Assembly (NCBI GenBank): GCA_032718475.1
Contig: JAUCBJ010008394.1
Span: forward strand, 101,786-165,785
Direction of reading: 5' to 3'
DNA length: 64,000 nucleotides
Source of the DNA: Nemertoderma westbladi
Taxonomy: Eukaryota; Animalia; Xenacoelomorpha
Shown here: positions 13,893 to 26,923 of the stretch, piece after piece
Position numbering within the stretch: the stretch's first letter is position 1
Layout: every line of letters starts with the position of its first letter
Made by a program: the position numbers and the translations under genes
The notes under the pieces: generated by a model
What the model was told of the DNA's origin: nothing
Database searches by the model: none
Seen by the model: the letters and a program-made list of their open reading frames with translations, nothing else

Positions 13893-14271
13893 ATTATAAG
13901 TAATTAAACAGGACTAAGGATGATCCAACGCTATAGCAAATGGAGCGGAAAAAATGAATTCGACACCAGCGGGGATCGAACCCGCGTCTCCCGATAAACG
14001 TTCAGGTATGCTAACCACTACACCACGGAGGTACCTGCATCTTTCCGATTGATTTGCTATAGGTGGTAAACTACCTTACGGTTGCTATTGAATACAGACC
14101 TCCTTACGGATGGATTTAATCTGTATTCTAATACAGTAGCAGTTATGACCTGTACTGCAAACGAATGTTATTGTATATGTGTTTAACATCCATAGATTGT
14201 ATAAATTATAAGTAATTAAACAGGACTAAGGAAGATCCAACTCTATAGCAAATGGAGCGGAAAAAATGAAT
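13893..14271 (-). mobile_element. 312-bp-period element with 67-bp terminal direct repeats and an internal tRNA-like module
   Basis: 13893-13959 = 14205-14271 (2 mismatches); tRNA-like sequence between them. Confidence 0.75.
13961..14033 (-). ncRNA. tRNA-like (pol III A/B box) module, not a functional tRNA
   Basis: Minus strand CCTCCGTGGTGTAGTGGTTAGCATACCTGAACGTTTATCGGGAGACGCGGGTTCGATCCCCGCTGGTGTCG: D, anticodon and T arms pair, but the acceptor stem is poor and the anticodon loop lacks U33; T6 follows shortly after. Confidence 0.7.
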
Positions 14272-16379
14272 ATAATAACGTAATATAAATTTATGATTTT
14301 ATTAATATAATAGAATTATATAACTTTATTTACTACACTTCATTCTTCTCCCCCACTACGGTATAATATGTTGCTATCAACAAACTTTCAAAGAGACTTT
14401 CAAAGACACTTTCAAACTTTGATGTTACAATATCCGATGTTGCTGAATATGATTGGCATCTGCTAATACAGTCGGTTTGTATATTCTCTATAATAATTGT
14501 TATAATGTACTTGTTGGAATGGTATGCAGGTAAAAGCTGACTTTAAGGATTTAACAAGCATTATAATGGGTGGGGTGGGTTTCTCTATTTAATTCATTTC
14601 TCTATCTAATTATTTTCTCTAATAGCTAACCTCTAGCTATGTCATATACTATTTTTAAGAATTAAATTTAATATATTTTATATATAGTATTGCCGAATTA
14701 CCCCACTGGGGGGGGGGGGGGGGGGGGGGGGGGGTGCATAGATTAACATATTATTTCCCTCTATTTAATAATTTTTATTTTAACTTCTGTATCTAATTAT
14801 TATATCAAATTGCTTTCTTAATCAATGAAATTAATTAATTGACTCTGACTGTATATTTACTTTCTTGAAAAAATATTTATTTATAACTATTAACTATTAT
14901 ATATATAGTTAATCTTTCATTTGATTAAATATAATAATAATATCATATATTCATATATTTAAATAAAGAATGCGTGAAGGATTGCAAACATTGAGTTTAA
15001 TAGACGAACTATGGGCAAACAAAGTTGTCTGTGAGGAACTTTTTATTAGACAGGAGTTGGAACTAGATCCAATCATGGTTGACTTGACCACTTGTTTGAA
15101 ATTGAATTTTCCGATGAGGGAAGCATTTGGAGACGTCGAGAGAGGAGAACCTCTGGGTTGATTTTCTTCAGGTCTTAGCACGTAATTATTGTTATTTAAT
15201 TGAATAAAATTAAGTATCGTATTTACTCGATTAGACGTCTGGCTAGTGTTGAAATTTATAAATTACCGATAAGGGGTGTGGGGGGAGGGGATACTTAAAA
15301 GGTATGGGTGGCAGTGGAAAAATTGGGTATTATATTTGATGAATTAATTCTAAATTAAATAGTTTATTTTAAATTACAGAAGGGATAAAAGTTGATGGTA
15401 AAATGATTGGTCTAAAGGATATACTTATTTTGGTTACTGGTGAGAATGTTGTTCCCTTCTTGGGATTGGACCCCCAACTCAAGATCACTTTTATCCACCT
15501 AGAGGATGTGAAGGAGAGGCACATGGCTGGAGTCCCTAAAGTAAACACATGTGCTATGGAGTTATCATTACCAATTCTGGACGACTAGGAGACTTTCAAA
15601 GACAGAATGGCCAATTGTACATTCATGTTATATACTTTCACTACGACATAACATTAAACAATAATAATTTGTATTATACTTAATTGTATTACAACTGATT
15701 ACTAAGTTAGATACTTAATAATAGAGTATAGATTGTTTTATAAGTTTGAAACATTATCACTAGGTATAATGAAACCTATTGTAGTTTGAAATTTTATTGA
15801 GGCATAATGAAAACTAACGTTGTTTGATACAAATCATATTTATTCACTCCCGCAGTTTTAAACATAACTTACCACAGTATGGGACAAGCCACGCAGTGAG
15901 GGGTTAGTAGGATTAATAATTAATATTTATTTACATTCATATTACAACAATTCTGTAACCTCTTCTCATATATTGAGGTAGAGTTCAATGGCCTCAATAG
16001 TCATAGTCCTTTGTTATGCATAATTGCAATACATAAGTCATAAATATCAAGATCACAAGGTGTGGTGCTATGCAACAATGACTCTTCCCAACATGGTCAA
16101 TTTCCAGGGGTGGAACTGGCACCAACTGGACCCCATCTCCAACTCCCAACTCCATTTATTTATTATACAACATAAACAGGCCTTCAACATCAACAGGGCA
16201 AATCGGAATGTGTCGGGCTACATAAGGAATTGACTTAAAACTACTCACTACTGACTTACTTCCTGAAATCACTACTCAAACAATGTTACTACTGCAGTAC
16301 TGTGTTGGCACTACCGGTAGGTTAGGTCTAGGTAAAAAAAAATATATAATTTAATTAATTGGGGCTATGAGTATCCCTG

Positions 16380-16980
16380 TAAGTGCCGGCAATGAAATTA
16401 ATTACAATAGCACATGGAATGGAAAGAAAAATAATTGTGGGGAGGGGGTGGGGGTGTTGGGGGTGGGGATTAGTATGTTTGGGCATATTGTGGGGGATTC
16501 TTTGAAGTGCTACAGTATGTGTATTATGACTATTGGTGTGGGTGGGTCTGAGAGTGTTTAATTCGTTAGTGGGTGGGCATGATGCTGGGGTAGTGCTTGA
16601 TATTGTGTTTCCACTGGTAGTACTATTGTGCCATAGGGATGTTATGGGATGGGAACATGCGTTAAATATGAGCTTGTTAACTAAGTGGGGGGGGGGGGGG
16701 GGGGGGTAGTCATTGTTACACAGGATGTTTTTTGACTTTATCAAGACTACGTGAGCAACCATTCGGGGTTATACTATTGGGAATGGCGCATTGAATGGCG
16801 GATCTAACGACATTAACAATCATATTTCGGGGGTGGTTACTATAGTAGTCCAAAGTAATACCATACATTTCAAAATCTATCCGTCCTTTGTTGTTAATGG
16901 TGGTTGTGACGTCAAGGAATGCTAAGCAAGAGAAGGATTTCTCCATGGTGTATATCCACTTGTTTTCGATGTGCTGATGC
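16380..16980 (-). mobile_element. Penelope-like element RT C-terminal fragment
   Basis: LAFLDV..I.....I.F..Y...LDYYSNHP..M..NVV.S.I..A pattern typical of the PLE RT thumb region; decayed; left boundary approximate. Confidence 0.7.
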
Positions 16981-17357
16981 TTATAGGGATGGAGTCTGTC
17001 ACCCCCAGGATGCGCAGTAGTACCTGTTTTCTTGCCGTCAACTAAAAGGAATAGTGAAAACTATGTCACGTTCCTATAATTTCATATCAACAGAATGCAA
17101 ATAATATCATCTTGCCTTTGTCACATAAATGAATGGAAGGAAAACATCTGGGATTGGTCAATGGTCAACTAATCTTCAATTAATGGTGAATCCCAGATGA
17201 TACAGTATTTCCAGTTTATCTGTTCAAAGATATAATACAAAAATATGAAATGGACGATTTTCACATTCAGACAAATAATTATCCTCTACATCTAGCAACA
17301 GAAACCCTAGAGCAAAAGTTTCCCCCCATTGGTTTACCACCATTGGTTACGATTATC

Positions 17358-18383
17358 CTAGCCAACACGAAATCTTAAAACCAATACAGCAATTAAAGAG
17401 AAAAGAAAAGGCAGCCCCAACAGACTGAGAAGCGAACAAGCAGTTTGCATTCCAAAATTAGAATTGAGAAATCCTCCAAAAACGGGACCTATAATGGATA
17501 CAAAAGACATTGATATTCGATACATTTGTTGGAGGAGAGATCTTGTGTCGACGTTGTCTGGGTAACCACAAACCGTCACAGCCAGTTGCGTTTGTGTTTC
17601 CAATGCAGTGGTCATGAATAATGCTGATCCAAATCCGAGTAGAGCACAACCTGTTATAGATATTGAAAGATCATGAGGTAAACCCAGAAGTTCTGTAGGA
17701 CCTATTAGTTGCATTGCTAATGCTACTATCATTACACCAAATACAGTAGGAAAGACAGTTTTCATTTTTTTCATAATTAAACTCATTATTACACCTGTAA
17801 ATAATTGAAAACTAGGAAGTATCATATATATCCGACCAATATTATATTGGTTCACATTGTAAGTGTGATGAATGTAGGCAGCATAATTCGCAACTGTAAA
17901 TGATGTCAGCATTACCCAATACATGTGCAAAATAAACATAAGAGTTACTGCTGGATTCTTCAGAACCCCAAGATAGGTTGGTCTGACTTCATTAGATTTA
18001 CATCTGTCTTGATGTAAGCTGGTGACTCTATCCAACAGTAAAGGAGTAAAATGAGAAATATCAAACCCGATATTATAAATGGGAATTGAAAACCCAAAGC
18101 AACAAAAACTGTAGAACTAAAAGCAGGTGCAAGCAAATATCCCAGGCTGCTACAAGTAACTGCTACACTGGCTAATAATGTTCTTTGTGTGGGCCACACT
18201 TCCATCAATATACTGAATGAATATATAAAACTGATGTTGAGACCAACAGCTTCGATGATGCGAAGTGAAAAACAAACAAATATATATAATCCATTGCTAT
18301 GATTAGGAATATATTCCACGAACCCAAACGCTAACTGGGAAACGGCGCCAATGATTCCAAATAGACCCAAAGAGGTATATGCC
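17358..18383 (-). pseudogene. SLC18B1-like MFS transporter pseudogene (5'-truncated, frameshifted)
   Basis: Two overlapping ORFs homologous to the 435-aa copies; 1-bp loss at ~18010 (tacatcaagac vs tacattcaagac); first ~95 codons missing. Confidence 0.88.
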
Positions 18384-19099
18384 ATGAATAATTTGAACAA
18401 ACAAATAATATTGTATAAATAATATTTCTCTTTAAAGAGTCCGACTAATGATCGAAACTAATACGAACTAATAACTATTATGTTATAGCTCACTATGAAA
18501 AACTTCAATAGGGTTGGTGCGAGAAAATATTGTTGGGTTAGAAACAATTGAATAAGGGGTAAGTAAACAAGGTGTTCTGAATCGAGTGCCAGGGTGTGTT
18601 CTTTTATGGAGAGTGATCATATTATTGATCAATTGAAATCCTCATTAAAACTCAATTATTTCGCACATGATTTATATCAATAGAAAGCTGAGAATCATGT
18701 GCATCTTTTGACACCTAAATTAATTAAATTCATGAAGAGGAATGTTCATAAAATGCTGATTGAAATTCTGCATAATTAACTACACACACAAGTATTATGT
18801 AGTTTTCAAAAGTTTAGTAATTATACACACAGACAGACTTCTATAAATAGTTCCCCTGCCTGTCACTAAGGGAGTAATTGTAAGAAACAAAGTTAACTTT
18901 TTGGTGTCTCCCAACCTTCAACGTGCAAATGTGTTGTCGTCTCGAGAAAATGACATCATATTATGCGAAGATTTATCAGAATTATTTGATACAAAATGTC
19001 CAAAAAATACATCAGGAGATATAGGGAGATAGCAGCTGTAACTACATGTAATGATTGTAAAGATCGAGACTGAGTTAACTGTATCATAAAGTATATCAC

Positions 19100-19255
19100 C
19101 TTTTCAAATGAGCATATACGATCCTAGATGCAAACTAAGATACTAGATGCAAACTAAGATACTAGAAGAAAACCTAGATTCTAAACGGAACTTAGACCCT
19201 AAAACCAACTAATGTCCTAGAAGCGAACTTAGATACTAAATTCGAACATAGTTTG
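19100..19255. repeat. degenerate ~19-20 bp tandem repeat (agatactagatgcaaacta)
   Basis: Several imperfect copies seen directly. Confidence 0.6.
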
Positions 19256-20308
19256 CAATGCCAAGATTTAAAAAATATGAGTGGGAGAGTAGGAAAATTT
19301 GTTATGGTAGGACATCAGTCACAGGAAGCATCAATAGATTAGATTGCCAGGAATCACTCTCTATCCTTGGCCAATGAAAGACCTGCGTAGATTTTTATGG
19401 ACGGATTTCCATCAGTAGCTTCTTTATACTGTATTATATTATACTTATATCCATCCATAGCTTTCTTTATGCTTCAAATTTTTATCTCTAGTGACTGACG
19501 AGCAATGCTTAAGCATGTCCTTACCAGGTAAGATTATTTTATTATACAGTAGGAATCTGAGTACCGTGTACACTATCCAACACATGTTTGAATGTGTTAG
19601 ACAACACCTGGATGGGAATGCTATGGATGGTAGCGAACAAGGCAAGGCTGTACACAACCACACCATGACACACTGTGGCAAGCTCAATACACATTGGCTG
19701 ACTGACTGGCACAAGCTATTTCAACATTTCAAAGTAATTGCAGCACCCATTGTTGCCTGTTTTGCAAGAGCTTGAAATGTATTATATTGGCAGTAAACAA
19801 GGGCCAAACTTGTATAATAAGTATTCGAGTGGTCGAATCTGGTCAATTTGAGTTCAAATCTAGATTACATAGTTTAAAATTATCCATTTCCGGACTTATA
19901 CTCAAATCATTCAAAAACTAAACCGGTTAAAAATATATGAGTACAGCAATTGTAAATGTATTAATTTCCCTAAGTAACAATGAAAAATTCATAAAATATG
20001 GTCGTGTTGCACCAGAGTTACAACGATTTTTATATTGCACATCATATTAAAAATAGCAATATTGTATTATTTAACCATTTTAAAATTCCCTCCATTTGAA
20101 TATCAATACAACGTTAATTTCCGGGTTGGTCTTTGCTGGTTGTATTGCAATAATACTACGTATGGCCCTTCCGTGGAGGGAGATACATTTCAACGTTAAT
20201 AACTCCTAATCAACTTCAACTACGCCGTTTTTAATTGTAACAAACCCCGATGGAAAGGCAATTATTATATATTATTATGTATTAGTATTTGTTATCAAAT
20301 AAATACTA

Positions 20309-21950
20309 TAGTCCTGAAGATAGTCCTGAAGAACGTGTTGGGAAGTGGAAAAATCACTTTAGCAACGTGCTTGGGCAGCCACCAAACATCAAGGTCAGCC
20401 CAACAAAGAAAATAAATGACAAGACACTACCTATAGAAACAGGGGATTTCACACCTGCCGAACTCCAAAGAAGCATTATAAGCATGCCCAATAATAAATC
20501 GAGTGGATTAGATGAAATCCCAGCAAAGGTATGGAAAACAAGAGTGCTAAACAGACCATTATTGAATGTTTGCAACTGGATGTTAAAAGGGGAAAAGCCA
20601 CCACCAATTTGGACTAAAGGTCAACTAAAGCCTCTCACCAATAAAGGAGACCTCGGTATACCAACAAACTATCGTGGGATCTGTCTGCTTGTGGTAGCTG
20701 CCAAAATATACAATAAAATGATTCTATATAGGATTAGGCCTCACATAGAGAAACTAAGACTGCATAAGAGCCAAAACGGATTTCGACCAAATAGATCATC
20801 AACAATAGCTCAGATACTTGCACTACAGAGACTGATTGAAGGAATTAAGTCAAAGAATCTCCCCGCAGTCATGACTTTTGTGGACATAAGAAGGCATTCG
20901 ACTCCATCCATAGAGGAAAAATGCTTGAAATCCTAAGAGCTTATGGAATACCAGAAGTAATTGCTGCTGGCATTGGATTGTTATATTGTGACACAGAAGC
21001 ACAGGTACTCTCACCAGATGGCGAAACTGAGTTTTTCTCAATCCTGGCTGGCATACTGCAAGGTGACACATTAGCACCATTACTATTTGTAATTGTGCTG
21101 GATTACGCAATGAGGATGGCCACAAAGGGTGAAGATCTGGGATTCACACTTCAAGAACGCATAAGTAGTAGATATCTGGCAACTACAGTCACAGAGATCG
21201 ACTTTGCGGATGACATCGCCCTGCTCTCTAATATGCTAGCAGATGCACAGCTTCTACTAAATAAAGTGGAGAGGGCTGCTAAGGAGGTTGGATTGCATAT
21301 AAATGCTACCAATTCATGACCTTTAATGTTGATGGAAACTTGACAACCATTGATAATAATCAACTAAGGAAGATCGACGACTTCCAGTACCATGGATCAT
21401 GGATAGAGAGTAGCAAAAAGGCATAGAAGATAGGAAAGCAAAGGCTTGGGTAGCTCTATCAAAAATGGATACCATCTGGAAATCAGATCTCTCCAGGCAC
21501 CTGAAGACAAGTTCTTTCGAGCCACAGTGGAAAGTGTATTTTTTATACGGGGGTGAGACCTGGACACTGACTAAATCACTTGAACAACGAATTGATGGTT
21601 GCTACACAAGACTACTATGGGCAGCCCTAAACATCAGCTGGAGACAACACATGACAAACGCCGAGCTTTATGGTACAATACCACCTGTATCAACCACCGT
21701 CCGTGAACGCAGATTGAGATTCAGTGGGCACTGCTGGTGAAGTAAAGACGAGGTCATACCAGATCTACTTTTCTGGGAACCAACTCTTGGAAAGCGTAGT
21801 CATGGACGACCAGCCATTACATATATAGATCAACTTGAAAGGGGTACTGAACTTGGGAGAAACGAAATTGCGACAACTATGGAGAATCGGGAAGCCTGGA
21901 AGGATCTCATTTCCACTGTCCGAGTTCGCTTGAACTAGTAGTAGTAGTAG
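20309..21950 (+). mobile_element. 5'-truncated RTE LINE family A
   Basis: RT ORF pieces 20289-20936, 20921-21319 (LQGDTLAP, DFADD), 21465-21740; (TAG)n tail; TSD TAGTATTTGTTAT at 20283-20295 / 21948-21960. Confidence 0.92.
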
Positions 21951-24063
21951 TATTTGTTATTATATATTATTATTTGTTTGTACCAGATGAATGCAAATAG
22001 TTGCGAATATTTGAACATTGTGATTGCAATGTGAAATATTTTAGAGAAATGTGACAATTTAAATAGTATTATTCCCCTAAGTTTTATCAGAGTAATATAG
22101 ACCCAATGTTTTTATAACATAGCTGAGGCGATCTTCAATTACTTTGGTTACCTTTGTTACTTTACTGATCTGATAATGCACTGCGACGGTGAATAAAAAC
22201 AATTTAAATGGTAGCTAAATGAGTACTGGAGTTTCCTCTGGGGAGAATAGTTCTGGGTGGACCGCACTGGAAACTTATCGACGGACTGTGTGCGTTTCCC
22301 TGACCTAACTGCCAAAGAAAATATACTTTACTACAAACTTTACTTTTTAACTTACTTCACATTATAATCGTACAGTACAAACCGATCCATGCTACTTTGC
22401 CTCAGGCAACAAAAGAAAAACATTTATCTACACTATTATTAACTACCAACTACACTAAAGAGTATTGGTGTTGTTTGAAAATACTGCACCTTAAATGGTT
22501 AACATAACAACATAACATAACAACCCATGTTGTTATCTATTATACAACTTCTATAAGAACCTAGGACCTCTCTGATTGGTTAACTAAACGAATATCTACA
22601 AAGCAGAATCAGATTATCCAAGTTGCCCCACTTACTTGGCGGTATTCATGTTTAATTTATTACAAGTGCCAATAATTAAGCTAATTTATTATTAGTCAAT
22701 CGTATTATGACTTATGACAATTTTATTATTTACTTCGAAAAAGATAACTAAAAACAATTTGTTATTGGTAACAGCTATCGATCAGTGGATCAGCCAGTCC
22801 ACGACTTAAGGTGTAATCACGGACTGGGTGAATTGGGGTGGATCATTTCTGTGTGTGTTGGAATTCCATCATAGTACAAGCTGATAAATGTATATTCATT
22901 CATATTGCTTTTTGATAAGAATTCAGTATCATTATGCTGCATAAGCAATGTAGAATCTTTTCACTTTTAGGAAAAATTCGCAATGCTTGGTCATCTCTTA
23001 TACATGGTGGCGAACGATCTAAAAGCACAATGTTATTTTCTGTAGATCCTGATGAAAACCTAAGTTCTGCCCGACTAATTAGATTAGTGGCATAAATCAT
23101 AATTTTCTTTACGCATAGTGTGTTGAACCGAATGGATGCTAATTAGATGAAGGATTATAGTGAGTCAGTGAGTGGAAATAGAGGAATAGCACATTGTAAG
23201 GTACAGATTTACAACCTGTCTGGTGATGCATTTATAATAATATCAGTAATGTTTGTGGCAATAACTCTGTTAAGTTTTAGGTTCTGTTACAATGTAAATA
23301 ACTCGTTAGAGATGTTAAGATATATTATTATTATATTACTTAATTATTACATGTATATATAGTAATAATGATTTTGATCTCCAAGTTATAATGTGCTCGC
23401 CGTTAATACTACTAATGGCTTTAATAAATGTCAAAGTTAATTAACGTTATTTAATTTGATCATTACGATTAAATAACCCTTTTAAAGTTTTATAGAAAAC
23501 ATTTATAAAAAATTGCTTGAAACAAAGCAACTTTCAACCATTCTATAAGTGGTGGCAAAGAATTTATTTTCTTGTTTGCATTGCTTTCATATTTGGTTCA
23601 CTTACTCTATTTTCTAATTCTAATCTATTTTTGATATACCTACCCAATTACCCATGCCATGCATATGCTTTCCTAACTTTTATGACCTTTCAGTTGCTCT
23701 CTATACATGACCCAAGTTACTAGAATTCTTATTAGGATTAGGCCTACTAAGTTGATTGTTATCGATGGTGGTCGCTTCTACATTATTGAAGTGTCGAAAA
23801 CTTTGAATATATTTTTCTTGCAATTATTTTGCTAGAAGATCATTTCAGGACCATTCCTTAGGAAGTCAACAAAAATTCAAAATCGAAAAAGATAATAAAT
23901 AACAGAGAATAAAGAATAAATAGAAATGGGTCAATTGTGAAAATTAACCCCTTTCTATTTTATTTGACAAAGAATGTTTTTGCCACCACTTAATTTGTTA
24001 TTTTTATACCATGTAATATGCAATTGATACACTACAGGTATATATATAGAGACAGTATATAAG

Positions 24064-25371
24064 ATGTCAGATGAAGAGGTTCCCATAATCTCAAGTTCAA
24101 TGAATAATAGTTGTTCAAATGAAAATTACCATCGGAAAGGATGGAGACTTTATATATTAGTGGCTATGTTGCTGAGTATTCAAGCAATACCAGGTTGGTG
24201 TCATAATCTATTGGAGTCCTTCTTCCCAATCGTTGTTGAAGAACGAGGTTGGTCAAAAACTCTGATTGGTGCATTACTCTCAACGTTTTCAATGGTGAGG
24301 CTTACAATTTTTATTACTTGCCCTCATTCTATCAACAATTGGGGAACTCATATCTCTTTGGGTCTATTTGGAATCATTGGAGCTGTTTCCCAGTTAGCAT
24401 TTGGGTTTGTAGAATATATCCCAAATAATAATAATGGATTACATATATTCGCATGTTTTTCATTGCGCATCATAGAAGCTGTTGGTCTCAACATCAGTTT
24501 TATGTATTCATTCAGTATATTGATGGAATTGTGGCCCACACAAAGAACTTTATTAGTCAGTGTAGCGGTTGTTATTGGCAACCTAGGATTCATGGTTGCA
24601 CCAGGTTTTGGTTCTACAGTTTTTGCTGCTTTGGGTTTTGAATTTCCATTCATAATATCAAGTTTGATGTTTCTCATTTTCATCCTTTACAGCTGGATGG
24701 AGTCACCAGATTACATTCAAGACAGATGTGAATTAAAAGAAGCCAGACCAACTTACCTTGGAGTTCTGAAGAATCCAGCAATAACTCTTATATTTATTTT
24801 GAGTGCATATTTTAGAATAGCTTCATCATTTACAGTTGCCAACTATGCTGCTTACATTCATCACACTTACAATGTGAACCAGTATAATATTGGTCAGATA
24901 TATATGATCTATCCTAGCACTCAATTATTCACAGGTATTATAATGAGTTTATTGATGAAGAACTTGAGGACTATCTTCCCTACTGTATTTGGTGTAATTA
25001 TAATAGCAGTCTCAATGCAACTAATAGGCCCTACAGAACTTCTCGGTTTACCTCATTATCTCCCCGTCTCTGTTACTGGATGCACTCTCCTTGGATTTGG
25101 TACAGGTTTATACATGACCCCTGCATTGGAAACGCAAACACAACTGGCTGTGAAGGTTTGTGGTTATCCAGACAACGTCGACACAAGATCTCTCCTCCAA
25201 CAAATGTATCGAATATCACTGTCTATTGGAACCATTATAGGTCCCATTTTTGGCGGATTTCTCAATGATAATTTAGGAATGCAAACTGCTTGTTCGCTTC
25301 TCAGTCTGTTGGGGTTGCCTTTTCTCTTCTCTTTAGTGGCTGTATGGGTATTGAGATTCCAAGTTGACTAG
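24064..25371 (+). CDS. MFS transporter, SLC18B1-like, copy 1 (435 aa, uninterrupted ORF)
   Basis: About 12 hydrophobic segments; SFFP..EERG.SKT.IG, LRIIEAVG, LGFMVAPGFG..F...GFEFPF, IGPIFGGFL motifs as in the SLC18B1/DHA1 MFS. Confidence 0.85.
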   Translation: MSDEEVPIISSSMNNSCSNENYHRKGWRLYILVAMLLSIQAIPGWCHNLLESFFPIVVEERGWSKTLIGALLSTFSMVRLTIFITCPHSINNWGTHISLGLFGIIGAVSQLAFGFVEYIPNNNNGLHIFACFSLRIIEAVGLNISFMYSFSILMELWPTQRTLLVSVAVVIGNLGFMVAPGFGSTVFAALGFEFPFIISSLMFLIFILYSWMESPDYIQDRCELKEARPTYLGVLKNPAITLIFILSAYFRIASSFTVANYAAYIHHTYNVNQYNIGQIYMIYPSTQLFTGIIMSLLMKNLRTIFPTVFGVIIIAVSMQLIGPTELLGLPHYLPVSVTGCTLLGFGTGLYMTPALETQTQLAVKVCGYPDNVDTRSLLQQMYRISLSIGTIIGPIFGGFLNDNLGMQTACSLLSLLGLPFLFSLVAVWVLRFQVD

Positions 25372-25734
25372 GTGAAATTTATCCAATTGATTATACACTT
25401 TGTGCTTTAGACCTTTCTGAATGATAAACTTAATTATATTGTAGTTTCATTCTAGATATTGCAAAAACCGGAATTATTTTGTAGGTTTTATTCTAATAAG
25501 TCATTCATTTAAACAATCCATTTAGATATTTAATTTTTTGAGAAAAACCATACATAATATTCAGGAACATATTAGGCATCATGACATGGTTGTATTGTAT
25601 TGCTTGCCCCCAACTTTGGGTTCTCTATTTGGTGCTGCCTAACATGATCACAAATATTTTGTATTTTGTGTTCAACTTATATCCCATTAAAAGAGGGCCG
25701 AAATAATGAATCAACAATATATGATAAGGTGCTT

Positions 25735-25915
25735 GTTACCCTTAGAAACAGGGAAATGTATACCTACCAAACTCCAGAGAAGCATTAAAATCCTGTCCAA
25801 TCATAAAGGGAATGGGTTAGATCCCTACCCAGTTATTGACTACAGTGTACCGCGAAACTAGCATGGAATCACTCTCCTTGTTGTAGCTTCCAAAATATAC
25901 AACAATATATTTTAT
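25735..25915 (+). mobile_element. old degenerate RTE-A-like fragment (continues at ~32275-32480)
   Basis: tagaaacaggga..aactccagagaagcattaaaa.tgtccaat resembles RTE-A 2171-2250; the 32275-32480 piece resembles RTE-A 2490-2700. Copies also near 44070 and 47320. Confidence 0.6.
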
Positions 25916-26196
25916 TAGCAAGTCGTTAGACTTGATTACTGTAAGAAAAAAAAGCTACTGACTACTGACCTAGAGCAAAAACGGCTCTTACGATTTTGAT
26001 AAAATTTTGCAGGAACCATGAAAATAGATTTCAATGGGTACTTGTGCAATCGCGGTTTAAATTGAAACCAGCCAGACAAGTAAGCAAACATTAACTGGTT
26101 TAGCTGGCTATTACAGTCTCAGCTGAATAACTCTTCCCAATGCATCCTTTGGGAAAATCTACTCACTCTGCTATGTTAGACTGCTATGCCCTCCAG

Positions 26197-26923
26197 AACT
26201 CCAGAAAGACCAAAATTTTGACAGTTAACTTTGAAAGTCCTCAGCAAGTCTCTGATCGGATGAGCATAAGCTCAAAAGATGGTATGCTTGAGCATGTGGA
26301 TGACTTCTGTTACCTGGGATCATGGATCCGGAAGACAGGTGAGGACCTTCGAATACGTAAGGGAAAGGCATGGGCAGCCTTGAATAGGCTTTCCAGGATT
26401 TGGAAGTCACCGAGAATTAATCGGAAACTTAAGGTCCGATTATTTAGAGCAGCAGTAGTTCCAGTACTCCTCTATGGGAGTCCATGCTGGGCTGTAACTG
26501 CTGAGGACACCAAATCTCTGGATGGTACATTCACAAGAATGCTACGCCGGGTTCATTGTGTCAAGTACAATGCACACATCTCCAACGAGACACTATATAA
26601 CATTGGAGGTATCTCATTGGTTCCCCCAAGCTTGACACTAGAACAATCGCCTCCGCTTTGCAGGACATTGCTTTCGCCGTGAGGACCAGCCAGTGCATAA
26701 TCTTGTACTTTGGCAGCCTCATGGAGTGAATAAGCATGGTGGACAGCCCATGACTTTCTTGAGACGCATCTTAAAGGACACTGGCCTTGAAGATGCGGAT
26801 AATCTAGCAAATGTCATGGGTGATAGGGAGTTGTGGCGGTGCAATTTTGTCGATGAGCCGGCACACCATTCCTAAAAATGCAGCTGCAATGCAGCATGCC
26901 GATCCTAGTAGTAGTAGTAGTAG
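26197..26923 (+). mobile_element. 5'-truncated RTE LINE family B
   Basis: FCYLGS...LLYGS...; (TAG)n tail; TSD TATGCCCT at 26185-26192 / 26924-26931. Confidence 0.9.

Larger units (their letters stand above)
13740..15650 (+). pseudogene. spliced HECT E3 ligase (G2E3-like) pseudogene
   Basis: DEYAIDSGGPTQEF at ~13750 (HECT N-lobe DxGGxxxEF) followed by a stop; REGLQTLSL..ELF at 14970; LKDILILVTG..VP..G..I.F..PKVNTC.MELSLP at 15403-15588 (catalytic Cys motif); GT donors at ~13876 and ~15182, candidate acceptor near 15380; premature stops. Confidence 0.75.

Noticed and set aside
13961-14033. bona fide tRNA-Asn(GTT) gene
   Set aside because: Acceptor stem mismatched, no U33, embedded in a repeat element.
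14085-14130. HDV-like ribozyme (cc-TCCTTAC-gg inside the GAATACAGA/TCTGTATTC helix)
   Set aside because: No convincing P1 or P4 and no catalytic C in J4/2.
22900-23723. short ORFs conserved between 23 kb and 41 kb (also 33338, 35309, 36810 and paralogs)
   Set aside because: Conservation reflects the recent duplication only; no recognisable domains.
24292-24300. ATG|GTGAGG as a splice donor in the MFS genes
   Set aside because: The ORF continues with a plausible TM2-TM3 loop and no intron is needed; cannot be excluded without RNA data.
26140-26682. 180-aa ORF repeated three times as a host gene
   Set aside because: It is the RTE-B C-terminal fragment with a chance upstream ATG.
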